Source: Takakia lepidozioides
Lineage: Eukaryota; Plantae; Bryophyta
Length of the DNA: 64,000 nucleotides
Assembly (NCBI GenBank): GCA_030704615.1
Contig: CM060733.1
Coordinates: 14,694,001-14,758,000, forward strand
Direction of reading: 5' to 3'
The notes under the pieces are model-generated. The model saw only the letters and a program-made list of their open reading frames with translations, was not told where the DNA came from and did no database searches. Both the position numbers and the translations under genes were made by a program. Shown here one piece after another: positions 21,294-53,290 of the stretch. Each line of letters starts with the position of its first letter. Position 1 is the first letter of the stretch.

Positions 21294-23009
21294 GGGTCAA
21301 GAAACACCATAAGTTACAATTCTTTCGGGAGGCGTCATATATATATATATACTTCATCTAATGAAGAGGAATTATTTGGAAGATGAAGCCTCTCATTTTA
21401 CACCAGAGAGAAAAGACTTCGGTCGAAGCCGGCGTAACCAAGAGCCACTTCGCCTTGTGGCTACTGCCCCCTTTCGGGGTGGGCCCTATATAACGAGGGG
21501 GGGTGTCATGTGGGACACCCAATGACTTTTGAGAATGGAGGAGATAGTGGTACCCTGGGTACCCTTGGAGACCTAGGGGACGTTTGAGGTGCCGGATTCC
21601 AGCTGGCGTTTGTTGAATTTTACACCAAGATGTCCTGCAAACAAATTGCCAGGCTTTGGAACCAATCCCCGGCTTGGAGTTAGACTTTCCACCTTGAATC
21701 GTCCATTTCAGTGAGGCAGGCCAGAGAGGGATGGACCTAGGAGTAGCATTGACAAGATAGAATCTAACCAAACGGCTCCACGGACTTGATAGGTGAGTAA
21801 ATATCATTGGAACCCATTTTGGACTTAACACAACGTACGCCTGGATGTGATCTCTGACGTCACGTCCATTTGTGCAATCCTAGTCGTCCGATAACATATT
21901 TTCAGAAAAACACATTTAACCATAAAAATTTTAAATAAAAATTTAAAAAGAAACTGTGTGCACAGTTGTCAATTATGACAACACATGGTGCAAACACATC
22001 AGTTTCACGGTGGACATCACATCATGATATCGAGTAATTTTACGACTTTACGTCGAGTAATTTTTTTGGGTTGAACTTGATAAAGAATTCTTTCTTACAT
22101 CGTGGGAGAGAGCCTTAGGGTTTGTGTCTACAGGTCCATACTGTATGGCCCCGTTTTATTTCACTTCCATTTTCTATATTACATGATTTTGTATCGTGTA
22201 CGATTTCATATCCACTTATCCCCAATTTCATTATCTATATTATCCACACGATGAATGGTGCAGTATGTAAAACAAATGAACGTGTACGACAGTTTACACA
22301 GTTGATTGTATGTGCATCATTATATTATGGGTGATATGTCTATACAACATTAGGGTCTCGCACATGTATTCTTGGTGAAAGTTATATCGTGGCTGTTGAG
22401 GCTTCATGTGTGTATCATTGATTCTATCTCATTGACACTTATCCTTGCATTTGTCTATAGTTCGTAAGGTTCCTTCACATTCTAAATCACTTTGTTACAC
22501 ATTATGTTCATGTTGTTGCACATCCTCCTCCCGTTGTTGTACAATGTTTATGGTCTTTTTGCTCTTTGGAATCATGTTTCAATCTACCAATCGTCTTTGA
22601 GGTTGCAGAGAACGCTCTCTGCAGTGGCTCCCATGCCCTGTGAAGAACCGTCGGTTTTCATTTTTGCGAAGATGGAATCATGTACAGCTAGTATAAGGCC
22701 TGGAACAATGACGTGGCCCTGAAAGTCGTTTGATTCAGTTGCCAACTCTGGCAAGCATTGCTTACTTTGGAGTTGGCCGGGAAAATCATGGATGCAATTT
22801 TGTTCCAATTTGTGTAGTTTTTGGGCAGTGTACTTTGAATGTTGGCAATGCATACACTGACCGTTGCAAATTCAATTTGGCCTAAAATTTGAAGTCACCA
22901 TGGGACCTCTACCATCCGTTTTTGAAATTATCAATTTTTAGCCTCTGCCCATTCACATACAAAACCTCCCCAATTCTTGGAGGTTTGACCTGAAATTTAG
23001 ACTGAGATT

Positions 23010-23320
23010 GTGGAATGTGACTTTGCAACATTCACCCAACTGATTTTGTAACATTGGCCTAGGGCTTGGTCAAACTTGAATTTGAGTTCTATTTTCTGTA
23101 TTTTGCACAAAATGGACCATTTATTTTTGTTATAATATCCCAAATGCAACGGTGGAATTTGCCAAGATTTGGGGTCTTTGTGCATCTAGTAGGTAGGGAT
23201 GAGTTTCAACCGTTCATCCCTGTGGATGATGTGGATGAAAGGGGGTAGGTAGATACAGACATCTGTGTCAAGGTGGTCTATGTTTTGTCCAAAAATACCA
23301 ATTTGTCGTTTTAGGGTTAA
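23010..23320. repeat. Dispersed repeat ending GTCGTTTTAGGG|TTAA (DNA-transposon end-like)
   Basis: Homologous over ~270 bp to 36670-36932; the homology of both copies stops at GGG+TTAA. Confidence 0.65.
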
Positions 23321-23882
23321 ATAAATTTTTAAAATATATATGTGACTTAATTAGACTTTCAAATATATATGTTGTTTACTAAGTCGATGTCATATTTTTT
23401 GGGTTAATATTTCATGTCATGTGCTAATCTTCATATTTTTTAGCCGATGTGGTATCTGTTTTTTTATCCCCTATGTTTTAACTTATTATTATATAGATTT
23501 GACGTGTAGTCATTGTGAGCGTAAGGTTCGACTTGACTTGATGTCACGTCAATGTGCAACCTTGCCATTGATCATCAAAACTCTTGGGAGTTCATGCTTT
23601 ATATTTAATATCCCATATGTGCTGACACTAGGCCCATGATCCAAAATATCATTGCACTAACACCTTGCTTTAGCTTGGACTCATTGAATATTCAAATTAA
23701 TTAATATATTTATATTACTTCATTGAATTATTGAAAATTTTAATAAATAAAGAATCCAAAAAATAAAATTATATGTAGTAGCGTCACAATTAAACTTTCA
23801 ACTAAAGTGCACATATCTAAATATTACAAAACCATATAATAGTCATTACTTGATGTCTCCAAACCCTAACATAATATCCATT

Positions 23883-42021
<18,139 letters not shown>

Positions 42022-42401
42022 TGCGTCTCACTCCTCCTCTCTCGCCTCCCTGGAAGACTGCTTAGCTCGAGTATCCTGGCGATGGCAGATCGTTGCACAC
42101 CATCCCGAGACAGCCAGGCAACTGCCAGTTACAACACGACCTAGGTCTGCTGCGTTACTGGGAATATTTCATTCGCTAACCCAAGATTTTGAGCAGCTGT
42201 GGGACGGAGGTCCGTCATGAACGGAATTTGAATGAATGTTAAGATCCAAACGCAGGAGAGGGTGTTAGGCAAAATCGTTTCTTGCCCACATTGCTGCCTC
42301 TTCTTCTGTATGGATGTTCATTCTCCCACTCTGGAGCTTATGGCGAGCTGTGGGGGCCTTTGAATATTTTCACATTTCTTCTTCTTTTCACAGGCCCAGT
42401 G

Positions 42402-45400
42402 ATGGCTGCGCAATCCGCCGCTCTTCTGCGAGCGTTGGTAAGGGGTATTTCCAAGCCGCGATGTTGGGCTTGCAGTGAAGGGGCTGGAGGGCTCACGTTG
42501 TGCAACATATTAGCCGGCCAGGCTGTGGAGCGGAAGTGGGTAACCAGCTTGGAAATGACGGTCCCCAGACCCTTCCAAGAGATGGCTATGACGCCTCCCC
42601 AGCCCCGAAGGAAAATGAAGAAAAGGAAGAGGAAGAAAGGTGCAGACATGCAACACTTTTGTCCTGCTTTGCTTCTGTGAATTGTGTGCGTTGGAGCGAT
42701 GTATGATCTGTATTGTCCGTCGCCCATCCTAATAGAGGAGTACATATCAACACTTGCCAGTCAATTTGAGAGGTTTGAAAGGGGCAGAGAGCATCCAATT
42801 GGTGGGGTTTCTACCCAGCAGAGTACTGAAACTCAGCCCGAGAGAGGAAACAACACCAGAGCCAAAAATAAAAACTACTGCTCAAGTGATTGTCTAAGGG
42901 TGAAGGCCTCGTGCAGGTAAGCTGCCAAGCATTTCTGATCCTCATAGTGGAAGACTTCAGTGAGAGATTGGGTTCCGCGGAATAGACAGTGGAATCTCCC
43001 ACGGATCTCATAGTATAGAGGCCAATCGAAGAAGAAGTACTGTTCAGTTTCAATTTCCCGGTTGCGCCCTGTGCAAGCTGGAAAGCAAGCGATCCTCGGA
43101 AAGACCGAGGTCGACGAGGGACTGCTAAAGATCCATGTCTGAAGCGCTAGGACTCCTCAATGGAGAGTAAGGCAATCAGAAACTGGCAAAGTTTTAAAAT
43201 TCTTGCAGTTCTTGCATCCAGGTCAAGCAATGAGCAAAGAAGTGTTTTGGCAGGAGTTCTTCTTATATCCTTCACTTTGGTGGCACGATGGGTTTGACAA
43301 GGTGAGGCTCTTTGTCCAGGAGGGCTTCTGACTGGAGATGGCATAGCGATGGTCTTGTGAACTGGATTATATAGAGTTGGGTCAAATTCATAGCATTTTT
43401 GCTCTTTGTTGCTAGAACTGCAGAGACACCAAAACTTTACCTTTGCTCTCAGTAAGTTGTACCTGTTAGTCAAAAGATGTTTGGAGCTGTGGTGGTTATA
43501 CCTGGTCTATGTGAGGCTGTGGTTAAGCTATGGCTGCGGAACCTGCCCCAGGGTAGTTTTTTGCAGAAAAGTCCAAGGTCACCAGACTTCAAACATAAGC
43601 ACACAAAAGTAGTCCTTTGGATTGACAGTCGTTCAAACCCTCTTGGACAAAAGCAGAGCTAGCTGCCTTGATACAAAGTTGAACAAAATCTAATGTGGAT
43701 TTACATCATCAAACACCAGGCCGAGACTACAACGGGTATTCATTTGATGATAGTTCAAGGGTTCAAGCTCTTGGTACAGCAAGTAGATGACTGCAGTAGT
43801 ATATTAATCCTCAAGTCTATCCTCATGGAGAGATCTTGAAGTGTTAATGAGCTTCGACATAATTATGTGAGTTTAGCTCTAACACAGCTTTCAGCCGTGC
43901 AGGATGGCGGGGAGAAGTCAGGCACAGTTGTTTGAAACAGGGACTTCCAACATGAGCATAGTTTCTGACAGGGGACCAAGAGAGAGTCTCAACAAAAACT
44001 CTTCTGGCACTTGTGGGGATATGAGGACACTATGTAAGGCACGGCAACGAAATAAGATGCTTGACGTTCTGAACCAACCAGGCATTTTTGCAATTCCCGA
44101 CACCTATGTCTATCTCTTGCAGGAGTGCATCAAAATTAAAGACCTAGAAATTGGAAAGCAGGTGCATGCCCACCTAATCCAACGTGGATACAGGCCAAGC
44201 GTCTTTCTATTCAACAACCTTGTCAACATGTATGTGAAGTGCGGTAGTATGGTCCATGCAGGTCAAGTGTTTGACAAAATGCTCGAACGAAATCTGTTTA
44301 CATGGACTATAATGATAGGAGGATATGCCAAACATGGGTGTGGCAGGGAAGCGTTAGCTACCTATGAGCAAATGATATATGAAGGGTTGACACCCAACAG
44401 GGTCACTTTCATTTGCGTTCTCAAGGCATGTGCCAGCCTGGGAAACCTCAAAAAAGGCAAAGAGGTCCATGCTGATATAATTAAAGCTGGGATTGTGCCA
44501 GATATCATTCTGGAGAATACTCTTATCGACATGTATGCCAAATGCGGGAGCATGAAGGATGCGTGTCTAGTGTTCAGCAATATGGATCAACCAGATGTGG
44601 TATCATGGAGTTCGATGATTGCAGGTTATGCTCAGTTTGGATGTGGTATGGAAGCTTTTGAGACCTATGAGCAAATGATACAGGAAAGGGTGGTACCCAA
44701 CAGGGTCACATTCATGGCCGTCCTTAATGCATGTGCCAATCTAGGGGCCCTGGAAAAGGGCAAGGAGGTCCATGCCGACATCATCAAAGCAGGAATTGGC
44801 CTAGATGTCATGCTGGAGAATACTCTTGTCGACATGTATGCCAAGTGTGGGAGCATAGAGGATGCATGTCAAGTATTCGACAATATGGCTCAACGTACAG
44901 TGGTCTCATGGAGTGCGATGATTGCAGGATATGGTCAGCGTGGGTTTGGCAGGGAGGCGCTCCAAATTTATAAGCGGATGATACGGGAAGGGGTGATACC
45001 CAACAGGGTCACATTCATTTGCGTTCTTAATGCTAGTGCCAGCCTGGCAGCCCTGGAAAAGGGCAAAGAGGTCCATGCTCACATCATCAAAGCTGGAATT
45101 CCTCCGGATATCATTCTGGAAACAGCCCTTGTTGACATGTATGCCAAATGCGGGAATATGAAGGATGCACGTCAAGTATTTGACAATATGGCTGAACAAG
45201 ATGCGGTGTCGTGGAATGCAATGATTGCAGGATATGCTCAACACGGTTGTGGTAAAGAGGTCCTTCAACTATTTGAACAAATGCAACAGAAATGCTGGAG
45301 GCCGGACAGTGTTACCTTCACATGTCTTCTCTCTGCATGTAGCTGTGTGGGCCTAGTGGATGAAGGCCATCATTACTTTGATTCGATGAGGCAAGCCTAT

Positions 45401-46126
45401 AGCCTCATTCCAACAATGGAGCATTTTAGCTGCATGGTGGACCTTCTTGGCCGTGCTGGGAGATTGGATGAGGCAGAGCACTTCATCATTAAAATGCCAA
45501 TCGAACCAGGTGCTTCAGTGTGGGGGGCCTTGCTTGGTGCCTGCAGAATTCATGGTGATGTGAGGAGGGCAGAACATGCAGCTAAATGTCTTCTCGAGTG
45601 CGCACCTCAGGATGCTGCAACTTATGTGCTGCTATCAAACATCTATGCTGCAGCTGGCAGGTGGGACGATCTAGCAAAGGTGAGAAAAATGATGGTAGAC
45701 AGAGGTGTCAGAAAGGAGCGAGGGCAAAGCTGCATTGAGGTGGACAACCTGTTGCATACATTCGTTGTAGAAGACAAAGCACATCCCCAAATTCAGCAGA
45801 TCCATGCTGAATTGGAGAGATTGTCTGTGTTGATGAGGGAGGCGGGATACGTGCCTGACACACGGTTTGTATTGCATGATGTGGAGGACGAGCAGAAGGA
45901 ATTCTCTCTGTGCCACCACAGTGAGAAATTGGCCATTGCTTTTGGGCTCATTAATACGCCCTGTGAGAAACCCATCCGCATTATCAAGAACCTTCGCGTC
46001 TGTGGTGACTGCCACACTGCGACCAAGTTCATCTCAAAGATCGTTAGGCGAGAGATTGTTGTGCGGGATGCCAACCGCTTTCACCATTTCCAAGATGGAG
46101 TCTGTTCTTGTGGGGATTATTGGTGA
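42402..46126 (+). CDS. PLS-class pentatricopeptide repeat protein with E1/E2/DYW deaminase domain (organellar C-to-U editing factor)
   Basis: ORF 43904..46126 has P-L-S triplets, [21 protein letters not shown] and terminal CSCGDYW. A probable first exon 42402-~42535 ([20 protein letters not shown]..., transit-peptide-like) splices in frame to 43903; that exon is less certain than the main ORF. Confidence 0.95.
42825..43700 (-). mobile_element. Decayed RTE-X-like LINE fragment in the putative PPR intron
   Basis: [58 protein letters not shown], the same family as 38610 and 53085. The 5' extent is approximate. Confidence 0.75.
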
Positions 46127-49100
46127 AACAAGCATTAGGAATGCGTGTCACTCCAAATTGGCGGGCTTAAAACCTAATAACTTAGGAAGTTTTGTAAGCA
46201 TGTGAGTGGAAAGACTCTTGTTATTGCAAGAGTGAGCATAGCACATTTTCAAGACCACCAGACAGCATCATTGCTGTCAAACAAAGGATATTTGTACAAG
46301 GGAACAGCGCTCTCACTCAGACTACAGTCAGACTAGAGCACCATCCAGCATCCATTTTTGTTGGCGAATTTTCGCCAGATTTCGACCTCAAAAAATAAAA
46401 TGAAATATTCTGTAGCAAATCCCCTGTTTTTTCATGGATGAAATCGAAAATTTCTCCATATAAAAAATAAATTATGGATGAATTCGCCATGGGTTATGGT
46501 ACAGAGGTAGATGAATTTCAGTGGATGAACAGAATGTACCGCTATTTTCTGCAAAACTCTGTAGGCACTTGTGCTGTTTTCCAAATTTCTTACAAAAGAC
46601 ACTGATGAGCACCGTTTGCCCTCTTGGCAAGTGTGGCAGGTGAAATGGGCCACTATAGGTGCTCCCAGTCAACCGGCGCGGCGAGGAGTGACTGTTGACC
46701 GCAGCAGTTACGAAAAGTAACCGCCGTGGTAACCGTGAACTGGCCTGGCAGCAGGGGTTCCGCCAGTTTTCAGCTCCGAAACCCGTTTCGCCGTATTCGC
46801 TTCTGTTGTCTGTATTTTGTTCCGTGGATCATCGTATGGATATGTATTTATTGAGGCTGTTCTGGCAAAACTGGAAGTAGCGGCGAAACTTGCAGGAATG
46901 AGACTCGTACCTCCGTTGTTCTCTGGAGGCTTCCTTCCCTTTCGTCTTCAGTGTACTTAATGAAGAGAACTGGTTTCTGTTTCGCACACAGCTCTGCCTC
47001 GCTCTGAAGATTATCGAAGTTCTGAAAGAAAGGGACTGCGAGTGCGTAATTGATCTCTTCTTACAGACGGCTCTCAAATCTCTCATATTAATTATCTCTC
47101 ATATCTAGAGCTTACAGCAGCTATGGAAAGATAGGTCACATCTGAAACAAGCTCGATCGCTTTTCTTCCGATTTCTGATCTAGCTCAACTAATGGCATAT
47201 TGAAGAGAACAAGTGATTCCTGTCTCCCTTTCCCTCAAATTTTTCCATGCTCATAGTTAGGACTGGTCAGGGCCGATATGTTCTGTCAGAATTGTAACAG
47301 GCGCATTGATCTCTCGACTAGTCGACATACTAGCAGCTGTAGAAAGTAGATGTAACAAGTGAGCACTCTTTCTCCGCACATAGCTGGGGGAATATTACCA
47401 GTTCTATGCTATGCATTAAGTGAACTCCATCTCTTTATCTTCCTCTGATCTCCTTATCTACCTGTAACGCGTGAAGCGTACATATCTGCAACTCGGTTAT
47501 GTGGAAATTCAAGTTCCATTTCCTGAAGTTCTCTTCGTGCACTGTTGACTGCAGATCTATAGGAGGACAAGTGACTCACTCACCCTCCCGCAAGTGGAAA
47601 GTTCTTACACAGGTCTAGATACGACAGTACTTCCGAGTACTGTTTCTGTACTGTTCCAGAAAAGAATGTGATTACAGATTTAACTGGTTGCTGCAAGTGC
47701 TCAGCTGGCTCTGTGTCGCTCTCCAAAGCTCTCTATACGTGACTTTCCAGCTAGTCATCTAAAAGGTACGACATTATGTAGACAAGTTTCTCCATGAATC
47801 ACTACTTCTAGAGGTTCTCAACAGAAACGTCAAAGTTCTACAGAAGGAGAATTAAAAGCCGATTCTCTGTCTTCGTGTCTTTAGTTCTGCATTTATCGTT
47901 ATCGGTCGGGTCTCTACGTAGGTGAGTGGTAAATCGTACCCCGGGAAAAATTTCTCGGTTCAGGAACAAAGATCCCTCCACTTGTCTCTCCATTTGTCTC
48001 TCCAAATTCTTAACTTAATAAATCATCACTTTGTATTGCATTCTTCCCTCCTCTGCTCTCTCCGGTGTCTCTTCTAGTACTATAGGGTGTGTACAGCTGT
48101 TTCTAGACGAAGCGTGTACAAAGAATAGTTAGACTTGTCTACTAATTGCATTTGTGTCTCATTACCGCATGATAGGTCTATTAGTCAAAAGTTTCAGACT
48201 AGTGCAACACGTGATCTTTTTCTAACCACTCTTTCTAAAGATCTATACTTCTTTGGTAAGTGGAAGGCATAGTTTGGCAAAATGCTTGAGGAAAGGAATG
48301 GAAGTTTAACGTGGAGAATATTTAAAGAGCATAAGGTTCCACGGACGGAGAGATCGAGCAGACGGAGAGAAGACTGATCCGTCCGTTGCAGACGTAATTA
48401 AGAGCCACTGCTATTCTGGGTTGTCCACCGACAGATATCTTTGCTCACAAAGAAGGAAGAGAGGTTTGCATGATTGAGGAAAAATTCATTGAAGTAGATC
48501 TGATTCAAAAAACCATTCATGATCATCAGTTAAAAATTCTACTGATTGTCTTAATGGCCTAACAGATCAATTAATTCAGATGGATGTGAAAGTGACCATA
48601 CCACGAACTGCAGTCCCCGGCCACATTGACAGTATCACTCGTAAAGTAAAATATGTGGACCCAGCCCATAGATACTGCGTTCCCGGTTTCCCAGCAGCTT
48701 CATTCACTCCCAAAAACAAGAAAGACAAATATCATGGGCGTACACACAACAGCGTCACGACCATCAAAATGAATGATGGGGAACATGTTGCTGTAAAACC
48801 TCTTCTCTCTCCTATGTTCGATCACTTTCGTAAGTTTGAGAGCGAAAGGGAGGGAGAAATCTGTGTTGTTACATCCTAGTATGCACTGCATTAATCTTAC
48901 TACTGATCAAAGGTGGAGAATAATAGTACATGTACAAGGAAAGCTTCCTGCACGTCAAGTTGGTGCAACAGGGGAACTCTCTCTATCTCTCTCTCTCTCG
49001 CACCACTCAGCTCGAGTAGATTTTGCACATGAACTTTGAAGTGTTTGCACGGTCGCTAGTCGACACTGATCTGAAGAGATTCATTTGTGGCTTGACAGAA

Positions 49101-49404
49101 AGTGACAAGTGTTGGGCATGATATAGGTTCCATATCCACAAAAACTGACAGGATACAAGGCCCCGAACGCCTATGGCCACACTCCAGTCTTGGATTGCCT
49201 CACGTACCAGACTTCACCCTACTTTCTTCAAACTTGCTACCAATTGAGTAGAGGATGAATGAAAAATTAAATACCGACTACCTTATACATGAACGAGACG
49301 ACGAACGGTGAATGGAAAATAGCTGTAGGATACTCAATCCAAAGCGAATGATGGATGAAGATACTAGTTGTCTTTTTTTTCTAAATATGCGAAAGTAACG
49401 AAAT

Positions 49405-49630
49405 AGGAGAAAAGCTGTACAGGAACATGTATCCATTCAGTGATAGAATAAGAAAGCTGTATGTGAACATGTATCCATTCAGTGATAGAAGGAGAAGAAA
49501 AGCTGTATATGAACATGTATCTTTTCATGATAGAAGAAGCAAAGAAGCAAAGCTATATAACATGTAGCTATTCAGTGCCAGTGTGGTAGAAGAAGCAAAG
49601 CTACATATGAACATGAATCTATTGATCAGT
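49405..49630. repeat. Degenerate ~42-bp minisatellite (about 5 units)
   Basis: Repeats of AAAGCTGTA..TGAACATGTATCCATTCAGTGATAGAA. Confidence 0.75.
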
Positions 49631-49974
49631 GCCCAAGTATGTTGTTACCCAGAAAGACCACCATGTTTGGACAGGGTGAACAACTTCTTTCAAAGTAAAG
49701 TTCGAAAAGTAGGAGAGGAAATCTCCCATAGCCAGAAGAAATTGGTGCCCTACGACATGATGGCCTACCGCAACCAAGCCAGAGACATGAGTCACATCCA
49801 AGTCGGCCTTAAATGCTTCGACCGCCGCAATGCGAGTTACCTTGAGTCTCTCTCTCTCTCCAGCATATTTGTACTAATGAATCTCACTCGGTCTCTCTCT
49901 CTCTCTGTCTAGCATATTTACTAATGAATGGGCAACCCGACATTTAGCCTTGTAGTGGTTGTGGGTTTGGTTAA

Positions 49975-50229
49975 TTGCTTAATTATTTGATTATTTATTT
50001 TTTAATGGGAAACACCCAGTGGGAGCGACAGCTCACAAATCAGGCCCCTGAATTCTAGTGAGAGGAGAACATAACCTCTTTCGCAGTAACCTCGCCATGA
50101 AGGCTTTCGCATGGGACACTGCCCACGCGAAGTGGGAGAAGAACATACCACACCCATCAAGGTAGTAGGATTTGACCCCAGAATCATCTGGTTGGCACTC
50201 AGTGCACTATCCAACTGAGCTACTGACTG
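49975..50229 (-). mobile_element. tRNA-derived SINE
   Basis: Minus strand: A box TAGCTCAGTTGG, B-box-like GGGTCAAATCC ~30 nt later, ~160-nt body, A-rich tail. Confidence 0.7.
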
Positions 50230-53084
50230 TTGTTTTTTTTTTTTTTTAAAACTAGTGAATGGTATGTTCATGCTTTTTTTGTTGTGTGAATTTTAGCCCC
50301 CTGTGTGTTAAAGTGTTGGGAGTGCCGGGCTGATGTAGCTTGACAACTGGAAATGAACGACACTTCCGGACACCCTTGACCACCAATCAACTGTATTATC
50401 GTGTATATAAAGACCAAGTGGGCTTGGCTCATCCTGGCATTCTTGCAGGTGATCACGTCTCAGCTATCATTTATTTTTTATTTTTTTTATTTTTTCTTCT
50501 GCACAAGGCCCCAAGGGAGGCCAAATATATTGATAATGAGGAAAAAATAACCTCACATGACAGGCCATGGAGGCTGACCCCTTAAGTACTAATTTAATAA
50601 GTAGTTAGTTAGTAAGTAGGAAGAGAGCCCCCCTCTCCTTTATATACCCTCTCATGGCGGTGGAACCCTTCTAGAATAGTGGGACACATGTCACACCCTA
50701 ATCAGGCCTACTCCCACCACTTGACACCTCTACCCTAACTACCCAAATTGGCATGAACCATCCCCTATTTAATAGGTATCACCTTCCTGCTTTCTTTTTT
50801 TGGACCCCTTCATTTCTTGAAATCCCTCTACATATGCCTTATTATGTATGCCCCCAGTCTAATTCCTGGACCACTCTAGAATGAACCGGGCCCACCCAAA
50901 CTTGGGGGGCTTATTCATTCCTAAAATTTGTTTCGTATCCCATTCCATTTCCGTTCTTGCATGTTTTGCTCTAATTTTTCCTGAATGTTTCATCCCCATA
51001 TTTGGAGAGATGACCATCAGAATCACCAATGTTAAACATGTATGTGTGTTCTTTGGGTTGCAGAAAAAGCCAGGATCTGCCATAAGATACAAAGTGGTTT
51101 ATTAGCACGCAAAACCAGGGACTATTGAAATGCATTTTATGTAGACATCTCGGTAAAGCCATACACTGAGATACTAAAAAGGCTACCTCCCCTTTATCAA
51201 AAAAAAAGGCTACTAGGTAGTACGTCCAGTTTTCCTGGACAATTTAATTTTGTTCTGGTAGGGTACATGATAATTCTGGGTACATGCACGTCGGGATATG
51301 GCCCATGTCCCAGCCATCGGCAGAGCCGTAGAACCGTTATGGCTCAACCGATAAAGGGAGCCGGGGGGGGGTAAGAAGCGCAGTGAGAGACAGGGCTTTC
51401 AGTGAGTGAGCGTGAAAGAGTGGGATTACAGGGAATTAGCCTTCGTTTGCACTCTAACTGCCGCTTCTTCATCCCTTATTTCTCGCTCGCTCTCCAACCC
51501 CTTTCCCACCTTCCTTCCCGCTTCTTAGGTCAGATCCCACTTCCTGATTTGTACTTGATACTGGCAAATGAATCTGTGTTCTTGAATCGACGATGTGTGC
51601 TATGATTTCCTCTTTCCCACGCAATTCCGCGGAGCTGAAGCTTGTCAGCAACGTGTACTATCTGATTTATATTCTCTCAGGATTGATGAGTACTTAACCT
51701 TTCCACCGAGATCTTTTCATCGCCGGACGTGGTCTCGTCCCTTGGAGCTGCAGATTCAAATCTAATTGCTAAGAAGTGGCATGATCTCTTATGAACCTCT
51801 GCTCCTTGTTTTCCTCCTGTGACATGAATACCCCGGTATATTCACGTGCGGAATGTTCAAACTAGAGCTTGAATTATATAATGCTTGCTATATATTCCTT
51901 TCTGGATTTTCTTGTCTGTTCGTTTGGCCGCGGATCAGACCCCAGCGTCCCAAACGTTAACTTGCAAGCATAATACTGAGGATTCTAGTTTTTCATAGAG
52001 TTGACGGCGCACATTCTACATTTCTAAAATGTCCGGTCAATCTGCTGATAAGATACTTCCTGTTCTGTACCTAAATGTCCCCTGCTCAAGAAAATGTTCG
52101 CAAATGAACCTCATGATTCTAAGTTCTAATGTTGCTCATCAATGAGGACCGTAAATTGTGACGATTCAGTGGTATTTGATGACACACCTGACAAGTTTGG
52201 TACCTAATTATCCAATTTAGAGACAGGAAATTTTGTCAAATGTTATGATCTCTCGGAGTGTCGGTCTCCGGCCTGAGGAAGGCAACAGGCCGAAGACAAG
52301 TTTTGGACTTCGAATGTTGTGAGCCCCAATACTCATGGGGGAAAGGGCGAAGCAATTTATGTATCTTCATGGTGCTGTGTTCGCTCGTCTTTGGAGATGC
52401 TTCCTCTTCCACTCCTCTTCCACTGCGTGCACATGTCTGAAGTCTCCAATATCCCCATAATAAATTAAAGGACTCTAATCCCTTCCTCCAGATGATACCA
52501 TCCCCATTCTGATCTGATGAGGAAAGACTATATACAGATGATCTCAAAGACTCCAACTACGGTCCGCAGCCAACATCTTCTCAATCCATGGCTTCATGTC
52601 TATATTTTAGGGTCTCCCTCTTCATATGTATAATATTCACAGGTACAGTCTATTTGTTCTCTTTTCACATTTGAACATTTTCAGGACTTGGATTCCGCAG
52701 GCACCTTCTCTTAGAGCTGCTCAAGAGCACTGTTACGATTTACCCTTTTCATAGGGCTGCGCAGAGGAGCCATAGTTCCTAGATGTGGCCCTTACGCCAA
52801 ATCCTACTGGCCCTGATTTCCATTTCCAGATGACTCTCATTTGAAATCACTCCAATTGATCTAAAAGCCAAGTACTCTTTCTTATCGCTAGATGTATGTG
52901 AACAGTAGTTTCGGAGAGTCTCTAGGGATCTGCCTGTAGTGAACTAATTACTGATTTAAGGGCTCCTGAATATCTGTTTGGTCAAAGGGCACAGGTTCTC
53001 CGACAAAAGTGGCAAAGAAGTGCTCAATCTTTATCGACTTTATATAGTTGGAAAAGTAGAATTCAGATATCTCCTTGAATCTAT

Positions 53085-53290
53085 TCTCTCACTGAAGTCT
53101 TCCACTATGAGGATAAAAAATGCTTGGCAGCCTACCTGCACGAGGCCTTCACCCTTAGACAATCGCTAGAACATTAGTTCTTATTCTTGGGTTCTGGTTT
53201 TGTTTCCTCTCTCATATTTTCTTCCATTTTGTCCCATAAGCTCTATGAGCTTTCCGCGGACGTTATAAAGCACCATTTCATTTCTTTCTC
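53085..53290 (+). mobile_element. LINE 3' end of the (CATTT)n family upstream of SAS-6
   Basis: [27 protein letters not shown] plus the family UTR and tail. Confidence 0.8.

Noticed and set aside
21340-21835. Possible solo LTR (also 50500-50790)
   Set aside because: Composition is LTR-like, but I could not establish TG...CA ends with a TSD or a second copy.
50150-50229. Functional tRNA gene
   Set aside because: The B box is degenerate, there is no clean acceptor stem, and it continues into a body with an A-rich tail, so a SINE fits better.
51325-51355. Paired AACCG motifs as DUO1/MYB sites for SAS-6 (a similar pair lies at ~46717-46735)
   Set aside because: 5-mers are expected by chance and the transcription start is unknown.
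46430-53000. Short ORFs between the PPR and SAS-6 genes
   Set aside because: No recognisable domains or consistent exon chain; treated as intergenic or UTR-intron DNA.
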